62,388 nucleotides of DNA, filler included, from Nemertoderma westbladi (GCA_032718475.1; 4 parts of 4 records of this genome joined end to end with filler, not necessarily neighbours in it), one strand, 5' to 3'; positions 24,128 to 37,955 are shown, numbered from the whole stretch's first letter. Notes: a model not told the origin generated them from the letters alone. Program-made: numbers and translations.

Positions 24128-24654
24128 TTTTGTAACATATTTGTATCCTGTTTAATTTTTGACAGTCTTTATTCGCACACTTGCAATAAAAATTTAAAGC
24201 CCAATTTAGAATTGCTGCGTCAACATCTAGTGGCGGCTGCATATTATTGTCTTCAGCCGCTCTCCAGAATAATACCTGCGAGCATACTCTTCTTATATTA
24301 TTGACTGCTGCAGTATCCGTTGGATGTAAACTTCATATCTGAAATATATATACTTTCTTTATATTTTGTGCATGATATTTAATTTAAAAGTTAAAGTTCT
24401 AGTTAAAAGTTCTAGGAATCAAAATTAATCTCTCTCTAGGGAAGAATCGACGCAAATAACAGCTGGTTACTCCCAAAAGTAAAACTATATCCTTTCCTAT
24501 TGACTTTCGCTTATTGTTTTGGTAAGAATAACACGCTACTGTAACTTGCTCTTTCCCTAAATTGGAAATTTAACATATTGAAACAAAATAGTAATTACCC
24601 TAGGCTAGATTTGATTTGCATCAAGTCCCCCCCCCCCCCTTTCCTGTCTCAGTC

Positions 24655-24720
24655 TCCCTCTTCAATAGCTGCTACCCGAAGGTAGGGGTGGGTGCTACAG
24701 TACTCCTATCCCAAGAGGTT
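24655..24720 (-). repeat. Monomeric SINE-like fragment homologous to the 36-bp satellite unit
   Basis: ATAGCTGCTACCCGAAGGTAGGGGTGGGTGCTAC...TCCTATCCCAAG; also present at 30127-30238. Confidence 0.65.
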
Positions 24721-25640
24721 TGCTCCCAGTAATTCAACATGGATGGTTGTTTGTAACGCCCATCCATTCCCAGTTCTGCAGATTCAGCAGAAAGCCATTC
24801 GGTCAATGTATCAATTGGTGGAGTAGAAATTCTGCCAAGACCATTTGCACTTCTGACACTAAACCCCATCGAATATAAAAATTCCAGGATCAAAAACTCA
24901 TAATTACAGCAATTGGTGGGAATCACAAGACATCAGCAATGTGTTGCTACAACCCAACCAATGCATCAGAGCCAGAACAAGCAGTCAAGAACTAGAAGAT
25001 CTTACTGGGCTTATAAAGTAATTGATACCTACAAACACCACATTCGAAAAGAGTAAGGATGGACATTTAACTGCGAGGCATACAGCTCGTTAAACCTAAT
25101 TGGTTCGGACTACACAATCGTGACTGCGGAGATCAGACTCAGTTTGAGAGCTAGCAAACCAAGGTCAAACAAGGGAATCAACTGACTGGTAGAAATTTAT
25201 AACTGATAATGCAATATAGGAAGCTTGAGAGAAGATCTTAAAATATACTACAAAGTAAAAACTGAACAACCAACAGACGAAAACATCGAGGTCAGTCCTA
25301 CCTACAAGGAAAATATATAGCAAGACGCTTCAACCTGCCGAACTCCAGAGAAGCATTAATTAAAAAGCATGTCCAATCATAAAGCGGGTGAATTGGTTGA
25401 AATCCTTGCAGAGGTATGTAAAACAGGAGCGCTGAACAGACTATTATTGGAGGTTTGCAACCAGATGCTGAAAAGGGAAAATCCACCACCAATTTGGACT
25501 AAAAGTCAACTAAAGCCTCTCCCCAAGAAAGGAGACTTCGGTATACCAACAAACTATCGTGGGATCTGTCTCTATTTCTGGTAGCTTCCAAAATATACAA
25601 CAAATTGTTTCTATCTAGAATTAGTCTTCACATAGGGAAT
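24720..25640 (+). mobile_element. Old, degraded RTE-like LINE fragment (different family)
   Basis: Residual peptides W.KS.L.PLPKKGD...PTNYRGI.L and an SDY.IV.A.I.LSLR-like endonuclease C-terminus; many stops. Confidence 0.65.
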
Positions 25641-26775
25641 GCTGTTGTTCTTTTATGTTTGGGTACCGGCAATATGTTCTAGAACATTTATGCGTATCAA
25701 AAAAGTAAAAATAGCTATTATAAAATGATGTGATACGGCCGTGGCTAAATTAGATTGGATAGAGACGTTATTAAATGCTTTTTAAACAATAATTATAGAG
25801 CAAAAATACAAATCTTCTTAAATAGGGAGATATTTTAAATATTAAATGGCGGCGTACATTTAGTATATTACCTGTAAAAGTGACGTAACGACTTCGATAG
25901 AATCGGGTTCCCATAATAGTTAGGTCTTCACTTCAAGCTCACTAGTCACTATCTCCCGGATCCAACGGAATCTTCACATTTCCAGCCAAATATTCGTATC
26001 GCGGCAATCTTGTTTCGCAAATGGAAAAAGTCCTTTCTCAGATTGCTATTGCTGCATTATATCATGCGTTTCCAACTTTTGAATTTTTTGGATATATCGA
26101 CTTACATTCCTCTCCGCAGATAAGGCAATTTGCTCAAAACTATAAATGTCACTATTAATCGCGATTTTTGAATTATGTTAGACGATTAGACGAAGCAGTC
26201 ATCATCGCCTCTAACTCTCTTTTCATTGACTAAATGTAGCCTATTACTGCAATGTTTTGCATTATATAATTATTAATAATTACATAAAACATAATATTCT
26301 AGAATGTTTAATGTTGTTGCTAACACATTCTCTACATAGCTTAATATTTTTTGGCAATTTTGTTATGATTTTGCCCTCCAAAGAAATGGCCACCAAAAAA
26401 ATTGCTCAACCTTTCCCAAAGTCTTTATAGCGAAAATTTATTACTATAATGTGGGACAACATCATGAGCAAATAATATTGCAGTCATACGCTGGAGAACG
26501 GTTCGTCAGTAAAATGTACCAAGCGTCTACTCGACTAAAATGACTGAAATAGTAAACATAAAATAAGATTACTGAAATAATGTCTACCATAAGTCATATT
26601 CGTTGTATAGGAACAAAATAGAGGTGATAAAAATATATATGCATAGTTATTTCCCCCCCAAAATACCACGCCCCATTTTTAATCAACTCCCCCCAAACAA
26701 AACCCTTTTAGAAATGTTTGAAGCCTTAGCAATAAATTACTCGTTGGTGAGTGAAAGTAATGGGGAATAACACAC

Positions 26776-26908
26776 TTATTACCCTATTATTGAGTTATTT
26801 TCCCGGTTATTTAACCCTTGGGCAGGAACACCCTCGGGCTTCGCCTTCGGGTTGTTTCCTGCCCGCGGGTTAAATAACCGGGAAAATAACTCAACAATAG
26901 GGTAATAA
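26776..26908. repeat. ~133-bp near-perfect palindrome (palindromic MITE-like)
   Basis: TTATTACCCTATT.TTGAGTTATTTTCCCGGTTATTTAACCC... mirrored around a central CCCTCGGGCTTCGCCTTCGGG. Confidence 0.85.
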
Positions 26909-28367
26909 ATATAGATACTGATTATTAAACCTCGCAACATAACATTAACGAGAAACAATTATTATTATTGTTATTATCGTACAGTGAATAATAAATAATG
27001 TAATATAATAATATAATAACATAATACGTAATAACATAATAAAATAATGTACGTACAGTTAGACAGACATAAATAGCACAATAATATAATATAAGATTTT
27101 ATATAGTTATTATGTATTTAATAAGTTAATGTACAACTATTTTGAACCAAAAAATAAACTATAATTATTGTCTGTTATTTATATTACCTGCAATCAATCA
27201 GCACAATTTCAATTAAAGAAAATGAGGAAAAAATCACAAAAAGTAATCAGATTTACGAACCAAAATTTACAAATTCTAAAACAGCACTATAAAGTATAAA
27301 TCACATTAAATTTAATGTTTAACATTAAACATATTAAATACATATCAAATTGAATTATTCGGTACACAGACAGTTTAATATCTGCTCAATTTCCTCTCGA
27401 CTGAACCCAAAAATTCAATTTCATTTCTGCACAAGTCAATTATTTTTTGTTTTATTATAATCGTAAATATCATTGAAAATCTAGTACAAACAGCACAAAA
27501 AATGGGATAAGAAAGTAATAAAAAATAATTCGTAAAAATAATGGTAATTATAATTTAATACGAGACAAAGTTACGCATTGCGATCAACTCATCCTTGGTG
27601 AACCCTGGGATTGACAAGAGTTCTATAATAGCTAAAGATAATTCCTTACAAACAATTCAAATAAATATAAACGCTAATGTATAGAGAATAATATACTACA
27701 TAATTATTGTCTGTTCGAGAATATAATATACAGATATAATACCTGAAGCAAATTAATCTGTATAACTACTGAGCCCCCTCCCCCCCGTTAATATGGCTCC
27801 TAACTTCCTCGAGCAGGTCTCCATGGTCCTGGTATCTCAGACTAATTCAACTTATTTTTAGTTTCCTCTCATCCTCTCCGATCACAAATAATTTGTTACT
27901 TAACTTTATTACCTCTCTATATACTGTGGGGTCCTCCAGGTCTCTGTCATTCTCGCATATTAATCCTTATTTTCATTAATGACTATCAACTCCCAATTAC
28001 AAATAATTATTAATAACAGAAAAATAATAAATTAGTATTATTACCCAAAACAACAAACCTAATTAGTACGTTTTCACTGACGACACAATTATACTCAACT
28101 CACAACGTGATATTCACTCATTAAGATATATTGATCACGTATTAGTCGAAAATGAAATGTATGAAAATATTCAACAGTCACGCGTGATCTCGCGTGGTTC
28201 TACTAGGCTCGCGAATTAAAGAAATTAAAGTCGATTTCAACAACGCAACAATAATGTTACTATTTATTGGAAACCAACAAATAATTTGAAATGTCGCAAA
28301 AAATCAAAGGTGACTGGAAAACGAAGCACTAATTAATTGCTCAAAAGACTACCAAGACTATCAAGAT

Positions 28368-28496
28368 CATGACTTTCTTGGGAAGCCTCATAAAGGACAA
28401 CACTGGCCTTGAAGATGCGGATGATCTAGCAAAGTCATGAGTGATAAGGAGTTGCGACGGCGCAATTTTGTAGACAAGCCGGCACAGCATTCGTAG
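28368..28496 (+). mobile_element. Diverged 3' fragment of the RTE family (copy D)
   Basis: Matches about 33547-33672 (ACTGGCCTTGAAGATGCGGATGATCTAGCAAA...AAGCCGGCACAGCATTC). Confidence 0.8.
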
Positions 28497-29203
28497 TCTT
28501 TATGTAATATATATAATATTTATATTTCATTTTACATTACACCCCAATGCGAATAATACCAGGTTTCTACTAAAAATCAGGTTAGAGAAGGGCTGAATCT
28601 ACCAAAACAATAAACGAATTAGTATATGTACAGATTATAGGAGAGAAATAACTGCTATAAAACAAATAATAATGTAAAAATAATGCAAATTATTCATATA
28701 GTGTATGTACAATATATGAATAATAATAATAACAAATAATACAATATAGTATATAATAAAGTATGTTATATTCAATATATATTATTCATATAGATGTAAT
28801 TCCAATATAATTTTGACAGAAAAGTGAAAACCAGGTATTCTTTACAGTACTGTAGGCTGCAATAATAATACCACAATACTTAATATAATGCACAGTATAT
28901 TATTTAGTGGATCTACGCTCAGATCGTCTCTCGAGTTGATTTACTAAAGCAATTGTAAAAACGAAATATACAGTACAGTACACGAATCTAGGTTAGTTTT
29001 CAGCGCGTGATCTAAATTCATTTCGTCTTTAGTGTGGTAATTATGAAACGGGCTGCCAGAAGCCAAATGCATTTAACGGGCGTTATGTGATCTAAGTTCG
29101 CTTAGTCTGTTAGTTAGGGTCTACTGTACAACTCAAACAGTTGTATGTTTGCAGATTTCAGGATTTAGGACCTAAGTTTACTATACAGATATAGTAGGCC
29201 TAC

Positions 29204-30050
29204 ACCATGTCCTGGAATATAGTGTCGTTATTCAGGTACCTGCCCCGCCCCCCCCCCCCAAATTTTTCTACAAATCTTAATACATGACATTTGAAACAGA
29301 GATAGTTTCACCTCCCACATAATTTATATTTTTGCTTTCAATCTTTAGCTACAGTACAAGCGTTAAAATAATGTCTCCTGCGATATAGCACTGGTAGCAG
29401 TGAAACGCTAGCCATGCAAGGATTCAAAATATGTAAAAATATTTGAAGTTATGGGCATTCGAATGTCGCATGTATTTACTTCGCTACAGGCCATTTATTT
29501 TATTTAATAAATACACAATGTTCTAGAACCATTTTGTTTATTCCATACGTAGCTGGGCAACAAAGCAATGGCTCTTTAATTATAGTATTGCGTGAGTACT
29601 TAGCTATTCATAAATAAACAAAATGTTCTAGAATATGGTATTTTTATTTAATAGAATAAAATAGCCTCATGCAGATGCAAAACCATGCAACTTTTGAACG
29701 CTCAAATCTCCAGCTAGTTTTCAACGAAATTTAGATTATGTTACATATTTGGAATCCTTACATGGCCAGCAAATCAGTACCAACAAATCACTATAAGGCA
29801 GTAAGGTTGAAAAATAACTTGAGTGTAACTATGGTCAAATATCACCGGAGACACCTTTTTTAAACGCTTGTAGCTCAAGATCTCAAGCAAAAATAAAAAT
29901 TCTGGCTCACCCACCCACGGAGGAGGAGGGAGGTAAAACTATATCTATTTCAAATTTCATGCAATCTCATTAAGATTTGTAGAAAAATTGGGGGGGGGGG
30001 GGGGGGGGGGGCAGGTACCTGTATAACGACATTATATTCCAGGACATGGT
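29204..30050. mobile_element. Long-TIR MITE (Tc1/mariner-like TA-CAC start); partial copies at about 14240-15250 and 17472-17624
   Basis: ACCATGTCCTGGAATATA.TGTCGTTAT.CAGGTACCTGCCCC at the left and its reverse complement ending 30050; the arms are inverted over several hundred bp. Confidence 0.75.
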
Positions 30051-30126
30051 CAGTTGGTGTATAAAAATGTATAAGCTCACGACAGTCAGGCCTTGTCAGC
30101 TTCAGCTTGTCTGCTTGTAGGAACTA

Positions 30127-30238
30127 CAAAAAAAAAAGCAAAGCAAACAGTCGGCCGAAGCCGGAGGCGACACGAAGGCTCCTCTTTCGATAGCTGCTAC
30201 CCGAGGGTAGGGGTGGGCGCTACTCCTATCCCAAGATT
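30127..30238 (-). repeat. 3' fragment of a SINE-like element
   Basis: Reverse complement matches the satellite unit plus the unique tail at 49296-49343 (GAGGAGCCTTCG.GTCGCCTC...CTGTTTGCTTTGC). Confidence 0.7.
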
Positions 30239-30364
30239 TGTAGGAACTACAGAACTACTGAAATAAGTTCAGATGTTCCTAGTACTGTATTAAATTAGAA
30301 AAATATGTTTTATGACCCCTTTCTGCCTTTTTTTTAATCATCATGATATGACCCCTTTTTATTA

Positions 30365-33300
30365 TTGGCGCAACAGCGCAACAACCTAAGATTGGTTTAT
30401 ACATTCCACTGTAATTCCATTGACTTGTACATTCTGTTGCGTTCTATGAGATTCCATTTCTGTAGCGCCGATGGCGCAACACAGTAATAAATAAAGCAAG
30501 GTACTGTACGTTCTAAAAGGGATGCGACCTACAGTATAACAATCCTAGTACCAATATGGAACTCACTTCCCAGTGACGTTATCGAATCAGTATGTGTTAA
30601 GTCCTTTTGTGACAAACTTAAAACTTGTAATTTATTAGAACATTGCCTTTTCAATAGATTCGATTACTTAGGACGCATGATCATTCATTTATTTTTAGTT
30701 TCTACTCAGTATGCATAAACTTTTGTCCTTATAAAACATAAAATGTTTTTATAGAAGAGTGAACAGTTATTGATGACGTGGTTATTTGTCATTATTGCCG
30801 TTTCTAATTCAGTGTATTTAAATGTAAATTGTTGATTTCGTTAGTTATTTGTTGTTTTATTTTATAATTTTAATAAAAGGAGAGTTCAATTCAATTCAAT
30901 CCAATGCAGAGCTATATCGAGCTAAAACCGTCCTATACCAGTGGTATTTGCCCCGAGAGCTGACTCGGCAAAAAAGCACAGGCGTCAGTTATCTCCTGAC
31001 CGGCTGCCTGTCTCTACCCCTACTGGAGAGAGAGCGGCAAACAATTCTTTGAGTCCCTTTCCTGATGACCTTTCTGGCCCAAACCCTGGGTCACCAGGGA
31101 GGCCAGATTGTGAGGGGGAGAGGGATTCTGGAGTTGGAGGCTACTCTCATGTTCCACCCCGACCAACAAAGCCATTGGTGAATCTGAGGCAAGTCACTAG
31201 ACTAGCCTCAGTAAACACCCTAACACCCTGGGTCTATAGCATAGTGTTAACCAAAATTCCGTCCATCTTCAGGATTTTATCTCTGGAAATGGATTGTTTT
31301 CGGCTGGAACCCGCAGTTCAAGAAGCGAACTGGAAAGCTATGGACTCATAGTGGACCCAGTGGTCACAAGTCCCAGATAGACCATATCCTGTTTCGTAGG
31401 AAATACAGGAGCTCTATACAAGACTGTAATGCATTTACACTACGACCCTTCTCCAGTGATCGCCGCCTTATTGTGGCCAAGGTAAGAATTAGACTGCGTG
31501 CTAGCAGAACAACGAAATCTGCCTTGCCGCGGCATGACTGGTCCTCTCTGTTGCAACAGCCAAGTGTGAGATCCAGCTTCACACTACAGCTGAGCAACAG
31601 GTATGAGGCTCTTGCCTCTGAGGCGGCAGATCACTGTGAGGGCTATACTGCCTTCACAGAAGCAGTTAAGTTAGCAGCTGCAGAAACAGTTCCTGTATAC
31701 CCTCGAAACAGGAAACGTGCCCCCTGGACTGACAACAAAATTCAGAAGTGCCGAAATGACCTCTACAAGGCGCAGAAAGAGTCCCGACTCGAACAGACTA
31801 CAGCGGCCAAGAATGCAGTTAAGGCTGCATCTAGATCCCTGAACAGGCAGTACTCTGTTAATTTACAGGAGCTAATAAACCAACAGGTTGATGCCATCAA
31901 TGATGCTGACGACAGCAGGCAATCATCCCAGGCATGGAGATCGATCAACTTGCTTGCTGGTCGAAAAAGCCAACCAACCACCAAGGTTAAGGCTGAATCA
32001 CCATCCGATCGCCTCAATGGTTGGAAGGCCCACTTTGAAAAGCTCCTCAATAACGACAGGGTATTGCCTGATAACTTTATAGAAGTAAAAGTGTCTGAGT
32101 CTGTACTCCGAGATATTCCCATTGGTGATATCTCCTTTGCAGAAATGAAGGCTGCTGCAAAGAGCATTAAGACCAATCGTGCCAGTGGAGTAGATGGTGT
32201 TCCCCCTGAGGTCTTTAAAATACCTGAGTGTTTAAAGCTCATCTATCCCATCATAGTAGACATGTACCGTACAACAAGAGTCCCACAAGAAATGAAAACA
32301 AATAAGTTGGTGCCAGTTCCCAAGACGGGCAACCTAACACTATGGTTCTTTTCGGGGAATCTCATTGATCTCGATTGCTGCAAAGCTATACAATGGAATT
32401 CTATTAAATCGCAGCAGGGTTCCCATTGAGAGACTGCTCCGTGGAAATCAGAATGGGTTCCGTAAAGGTCGTGGGACCATGGAGCCCATTTTGGCACTTA
32501 GAAGGATAATTAAAGAGTTATCAAAAAAGAAAGACAGGCATCTGGCTGTTATCTTTGTTGACTTCTTTAAGGCCTTTGATTCAGTCTCTCGCTCACGTAT
32601 GTTCAGCATACTTTCATTATATGGGATTCCTGATGAAATTATTGCAGCAATCATATCAGGATACGATGGTTCGACAACATTTGTGTCTACTGTTGACGGT
32701 GACACAGAACCATTTGAAGTGTTATGGGGCGTCCTCCAGGGAGACACACTTGCACCATTCTTGTTCATAATTGTTGTTGACTATGTTCTACGCATGTCCT
32801 TAGATCATCATAATGATGATGGGGTGATGATAACTCCACCTACTGGCTCCAGAAGTCGAGGAAATCCTGCCAAGTACCTAACTGATCTAGACTTTGCTGA
32901 TGACTTAGGAGTACTCTCAGAATCACTAGAGGGAGCCCAACGGCTCCTCGGCTCATTAGAACATGCTGCTTCTAGTGTTGGTCTTTTTATTAACTCCAGA
33001 AAGACCAAAATTTTGACAGTTAACTTTGAAAGTCCTCAGCAAGTCTCTGATCGGATGAGCATAAGCTCAAAAGATGGTATGCTTGAGCATGTGGATGACT
33101 TCTGTTACCTGGGATCATGGATCCGGAAGTCAGGTGAGGACCTTCGAATACGTAAGGGAAAGGCATGGGCAGCCTTGAATAGGCTTTCTAGGATTTGGAA
33201 GTCACCGAGAATTAATCGGAAACTTAAGGTCCGATTATTTAGAGCAGCAGTAGTTCCAGTACTCCTCTATGGGAGTCCATTCTGGGCTCTAACTGCTGAG

Positions 33301-34567
33301 GACACCAAATCTCTGGATGGCACATTCACAAGAATGCTACGCCGGGTTCATTGTGTCAAGTATCAATGCACACATCTCCAACCAGACACTATATAACATT
33401 GGAGGTGTCTCATTGGTTCCCCCAAGCTTGACACTAGAACAAAATCGCCTCCGCTTTGCAGGACATTGCTTTCGCCGTGAGGACCAGCCAGTGCATAATC
33501 TTGTACTTTGGCAGCCTCATGGAGTGAATAAGCATGGTGGACAGCCCATGACATTCTTGAGACGCATCTTAAAGGACACTGGCCTTGAAGATGCGGATGA
33601 TCTAGCAAATGTCATGGGTGATAGGGAGTTGTGGCGGTGCAATTTTGTCGATAAGCCGGCACAGCATTCTTAAAAATGCAGCTGCAATGCAGCATGCCGA
33701 TCCTAGTAGTAGTCCTATACCAAACTATAGTGATGCCATAGACCTATAACGACATATACCGGGCTAATAACGACCTACGCCGTAGAGAGTAGCTTTATTC
33801 AAAATATGTGGGCGGGGGCGTGGACTTTAGACGCAATCAAAATTCATATGTCTCCAAGCGGCCAGGGGAAAGTTGACGCAAATAACGCCTGATTCTCCCA
33901 AAAATAACAGTGTAACCTGATTTATTACGACAGAATATTAGATAAAATAAATAAAAATTATTGCGACAAAGTACCGTATACCCCGTGTTTTCAGAATTAA
34001 CTTATTTCTGAGATTGAAACCCCCTTTACAGCTGTCACACTCCTTTGCCTTTGATTCCTTGGCGCGAATGAATTATACTTGTTCGTCAACTTCAATTGAT
34101 GACTGGTTAAGGTTCGATTGTAATGTTCTGGAAATATCTTGGTCAGGTATGTTATCGGCAATTAGTACTTCGACATGACACACACACTGCGCTGCTGCAC
34201 ACGGCTGTACATACACTGTACTGCTGTATGCGGACATATCATACAACTGTACAATGTATCAAAGAGTCTGCCTGTGCGTTGCCAACACTACAGCACAGCT
34301 GATCAATAGCCAGTATTTTCATGTATTTGTCTGTTTGTAGGCCTAACTTCTCCTGTTCTCTGCTTGTTGCGCCATCGGCGCTACAGAAATGGAATGCCAT
34401 ATAACGCAACAGACTGTACAAGCCAATGGCAGAATGGAATTAGAGTGGAATGTATAAACCAATCTTAGGTTGTTGCGCTGTTGCGCCAATGTTGTTCATT
34501 GGTTATAGGGCTGTTGTGCTGTTGCGCCGATGCGCTGTTGCGCCGTTGCGTGTTTTCCAGGAAGCCT
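30365..34567. mobile_element. Inverted-repeat DNA transposon remnant (GGC terminus; Harbinger/ISL2EU-like) hosting RTE copy B
   Basis: 30365-30481 is the reverse complement of about 34365-34490; GCGCAACAG subterminal repeats; right end ...GTTTTCCAGGAAGCC. The outer left end is missing. Confidence 0.5.
30941..33711 (+). mobile_element. RTE-clade LINE (copy B) with both ends retained, internally deleted APE domain and frameshifts
   Basis: TSD GTCCTATACCA (30930-30940, 33712-33722); (TAG)n tail; APE C-terminus (QIDHIL...SD[R]RLI); RT with FADD; frameshifts near 32345 and 33365. Confidence 0.95.
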
Positions 34568-35009
34568 TTATAATGGCAGTGATTTTTTATGTCCTTTTAT
34601 TTGATTTTTTTTGTCCTCCTTTTTTTACGAATTGTGCATAATGACTTTTGTTGTCCCTTTAACGACTTTTGTTGTCCTTTAATGACTTTTTATGTATGTA
34701 TTTCTTCAAACTGTCAGACTGCTGATTTCTGGACTGTCAGACAGTTGATTTCAATATGCTGATATGCCTATGCCAAAACATTCAAAATTTGTTGATTTCT
34801 GGTCTGTCGGACAGTTGGTTTCACTATGCCTGTGCCAAAACATTCAAAATTCCATGATTTATCAGTTTATAGACAGATAGACTATGAGATAGATTTCCAT
34901 ATGCGCCTGTGGTAAATTTAATAATAATTTTGGTAATTTAATAGTTTGTGGTTGTTGTCGATAATCGATTACCACATGACGTAGCAAAACACTCATTTTA
35001 TAGCAAAAA

Positions 35010-35698
35010 ACAATTACCAATTGATGGAAAGGAGCAGGTTAAGACCGGAATTTCTAACCAAAACAATAAACAGTCACTTTACCAAATAAACAGATAAAGG
35101 AAAGGAGCAGGTTACAGAGGCTAGCCTTTCTAACCAAAACAATAAACAGTCACTTTACCAACAGACCAAATAAAGGAAAGGAGCAGGTTACATAGATCAG
35201 TAGATGGTCTTTTCTAACCAAAACAATAAACGATAACATTACCAATTGAGAGAAAGGAGCAGGTTACAGAGGCGGGATTTCCTAACCAAAACAATAAACG
35301 ATCACTTAACTAATTGAGGGAAAGGAGCAGGTTACAGAGGCGGGATTTTCTAACCAAAACAATAAACGATCACTTAACTAATTGAGGGAAAGGAACAGGT
35401 TACAGAGGCAGGATTTTCTAACCAAATCAATAAACGATCACTTAATACTAATTGAGGGAAAGGAGCAGGTTACAGAGGCGGGATTTTCTAACCAAAACAA
35501 TAAACAATCACTTTACCAAATGAAGGAAAGGAGCAGGTTACATAGATGGTATCTTCTAACCAAAACAATAAACGATAATATTACCAATTGAGAGAAAGGA
35601 GCAGGTTACAGAGGCGGGATTTCCTAACCAAAACATTAAACGATCACTTAGCTAATTGAGGGAAAGGAGCAGGGTACAGAGGGCGGAATTTTCTAACC
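35010..35698 (+). repeat. ~70-bp satellite (GAAAGGAGCAGGTTACAGAGGCGGGATTTTCTAACCAAAACAATAAACGATCAC...)
   Basis: About 10 tandem units running into the gap. Confidence 0.92.
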
Positions 35699-35798
35699 NN
35701 NNNNNNNNNNNNNNNNNNNNNNNNNNNNNNNNNNNNNNNNNNTTAATTAATTAANNNNNNNNNNNNNNNNNNNNNNNNNNNNNNNNNNNNNNNNNNNN
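35699..35798. other. Assembly spacer (N44-TTAATTAATTAA-N44)
   Basis: Same linker as the other gaps. Confidence 0.97.
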
Positions 35799-36558
35799 TA
35801 TCGGTCATCGGAGATCTTCAAAATGTATAATCTCCAGTTCTAGTGGTCGTACGGAGTTCGTTTAGGGCTCATTCGAAAGCTCTTTTCTCAGAGACCAAAG
35901 TTACCATTTGGTTTGGCAAACTCTTGAAAGCTGCCTGAGCAATCATAACTTGAACAAAATTTGCAAGGCATATTTTACCCAAATTCATGTTATGTTGCTT
36001 TAGAACCATTTTGTCTTAAATCAAATGGTAACTTTGTTCTCCAAGAAAAGAGCTTTCGAATGAGCCTAAAACGAACTTCGTACGACGACTAGAACTGGAG
36101 ATTATACATTTTGAAGATCTCCGATGACCGATAAATCTATTCCGTGTATTCCCGCAAAGACCGCAGAGTCGCTTATTCGAGTCCCATCTTCATTCCGGAG
36201 AATTAAAGTTGTCTTATAAACTGACAAGTAGGTCCAATAATCATAAAAAAAATACCTTCTCAATTAAAATTTTGCGCTCTTTCTCGTGGAGACATCCAAT
36301 TGGCACCACTGGGCACATAAATTTGCAGAAATTGAATGCAAACCCCAAACTTCATCGCCTTTACTGAAATCGCGATATATCGGAGCCAGTAGGCCCCTAT
36401 CTTCTCTCCCAGATATCTCGAAAACTAAGCAAGATATGGGGAAACGGTTTCTATATTTGGATTCAGCATGAAATTCTGCATCAGATAGGATAGGCCTATG
36501 TTTCAAAAATTCGTCTTTTTGGTCAGAAAATGCGCTACCCCCCCCCCCCCCCCCCCCC
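35799..36558. mobile_element. Foldback non-autonomous element with Kolobok-like right end
   Basis: 35799-35915 is the reverse complement of about 36020-36133; ends ...GCTACCCCCCC|TTAA. The left arm is lost in the gap. Confidence 0.55.
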
Positions 36559-36654
36559 TTAAATATTATTTTAGAACACGTATACCAAATGTTGATAAAT
36601 ATTTTTGTTCTACAGTAGAACATTTTTAGTAAAAAAAATTATCATACAACCTTT

Positions 36655-37100
36655 ACTCTCGATATTTTTCAACACTCTATATTTTTCAACACTCGATATT
36701 TTTACTCTCGATATTTTTCAACACTCGATATTTTTCAACACTCGATATTTTTCAACACTCAATATTTTTACTCTCGATATTTTTCAACACTCGATATTTT
36801 TACTCTCGATATTTTTCAACACTCGATATTTTTACTCTCGATATTTTTCAACACTCGATATTTTTACTCTCGATATTTTTCAACACTCGATATTTTTACT
36901 CTCGATATTTTTCAACACTCAATATTTGTACTCTCGATATTTTCAACACTCGATGTTTTTACTCTTGATATTTTTACCATCGATATTTTTACTCTCGATA
37001 TTTTTTGAACTCTCGATATTATCGTTATTTTTCAACACTCGATGTTTTTACTCGCGTTATTTTTACTCTCGATATTTTTCATGTCTCGATATTTTTCAAT
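36655..37100 (+). repeat. Minisatellite of alternating CTCGATATTTTTCAACA / CTCGATATTTTTACT units
   Basis: Directly visible; explains the F-rich ORF 36605-37183. Confidence 0.93.
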
Positions 37101-37955
37101 ATAACCCCATCAGACCATGTAACCCTGACCCTATGCCCTACTGCCCTAAGCAGCTAAGTCAAGGCAAGGCTATACTGCTATAACTGTATAACAGAATAAA
37201 GACTTATGTAAGATGAGAGTGCCTTGATGTGAAAGTTTAGGAAAATATTACTAAGACTGTATTTACTTCACAGTCTGACAGTAGAGCTATAGAATAGCTA
37301 TAGGCAGATAGGTTCGCCACTACCGGTATTTATTATTATTTATTATTATTATTATTAAACACGGTGAAATATTATAAAAATGTTAACACCGGAGAAAAAC
37401 AACAAGGTACACTTACAGTAAAACCAGGTACACTAATAGTTGAATTGAAATTAGAAAAACACGAATGAATAAAATTAGTGACCAATGCATCTTAAGAAAA
37501 TAAAAACGGACAGTCCATACTAAAGAGAGAAATCAAGCGGAAATTTAAACGGAAATGAAGTAAAAATATTGAAATTATGTATGTAAATACTATAAACAGT
37601 ACATTAGAGCAGCATATTATTAAAAATTTACAAATCTTATAAAAACGTAACAATATGCCATATTAAATTAAAAACGTATACATGAGTTCCAAGTAGTACA
37701 GTAGAACAAATGACATTATTACAAATATAGATATAATAATAAATGAATTGTTGTGGGGTGAGTGACGGTGAATTAAATATATATATATATTTTTCGCTAT
37801 GGAGAGCATTATCATATTGTCCTATCTACATTATAAATATAGATATAGAAGGCAGATAACAATTAATAGTGTGTAGAAATTATAATAGATATGATAAAAA
37901 CATAAAGTAGAACAGATAAAAACATATATTATATTTACAGATAAAATTACAATAA

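Noticed and set aside
30941-31110. HDV-like or hammerhead ribozyme in the RTE 5' UTR
   Set aside because: Hairpins and a CTGATGA are present, but I found no downstream GAAA core and could not thread the HDV nested pseudoknot. A covariance search would settle it.
36605-37183. Hydrophobic F-rich membrane protein ORF
   Set aside because: Translation of the CTCGATATTTTT minisatellite.
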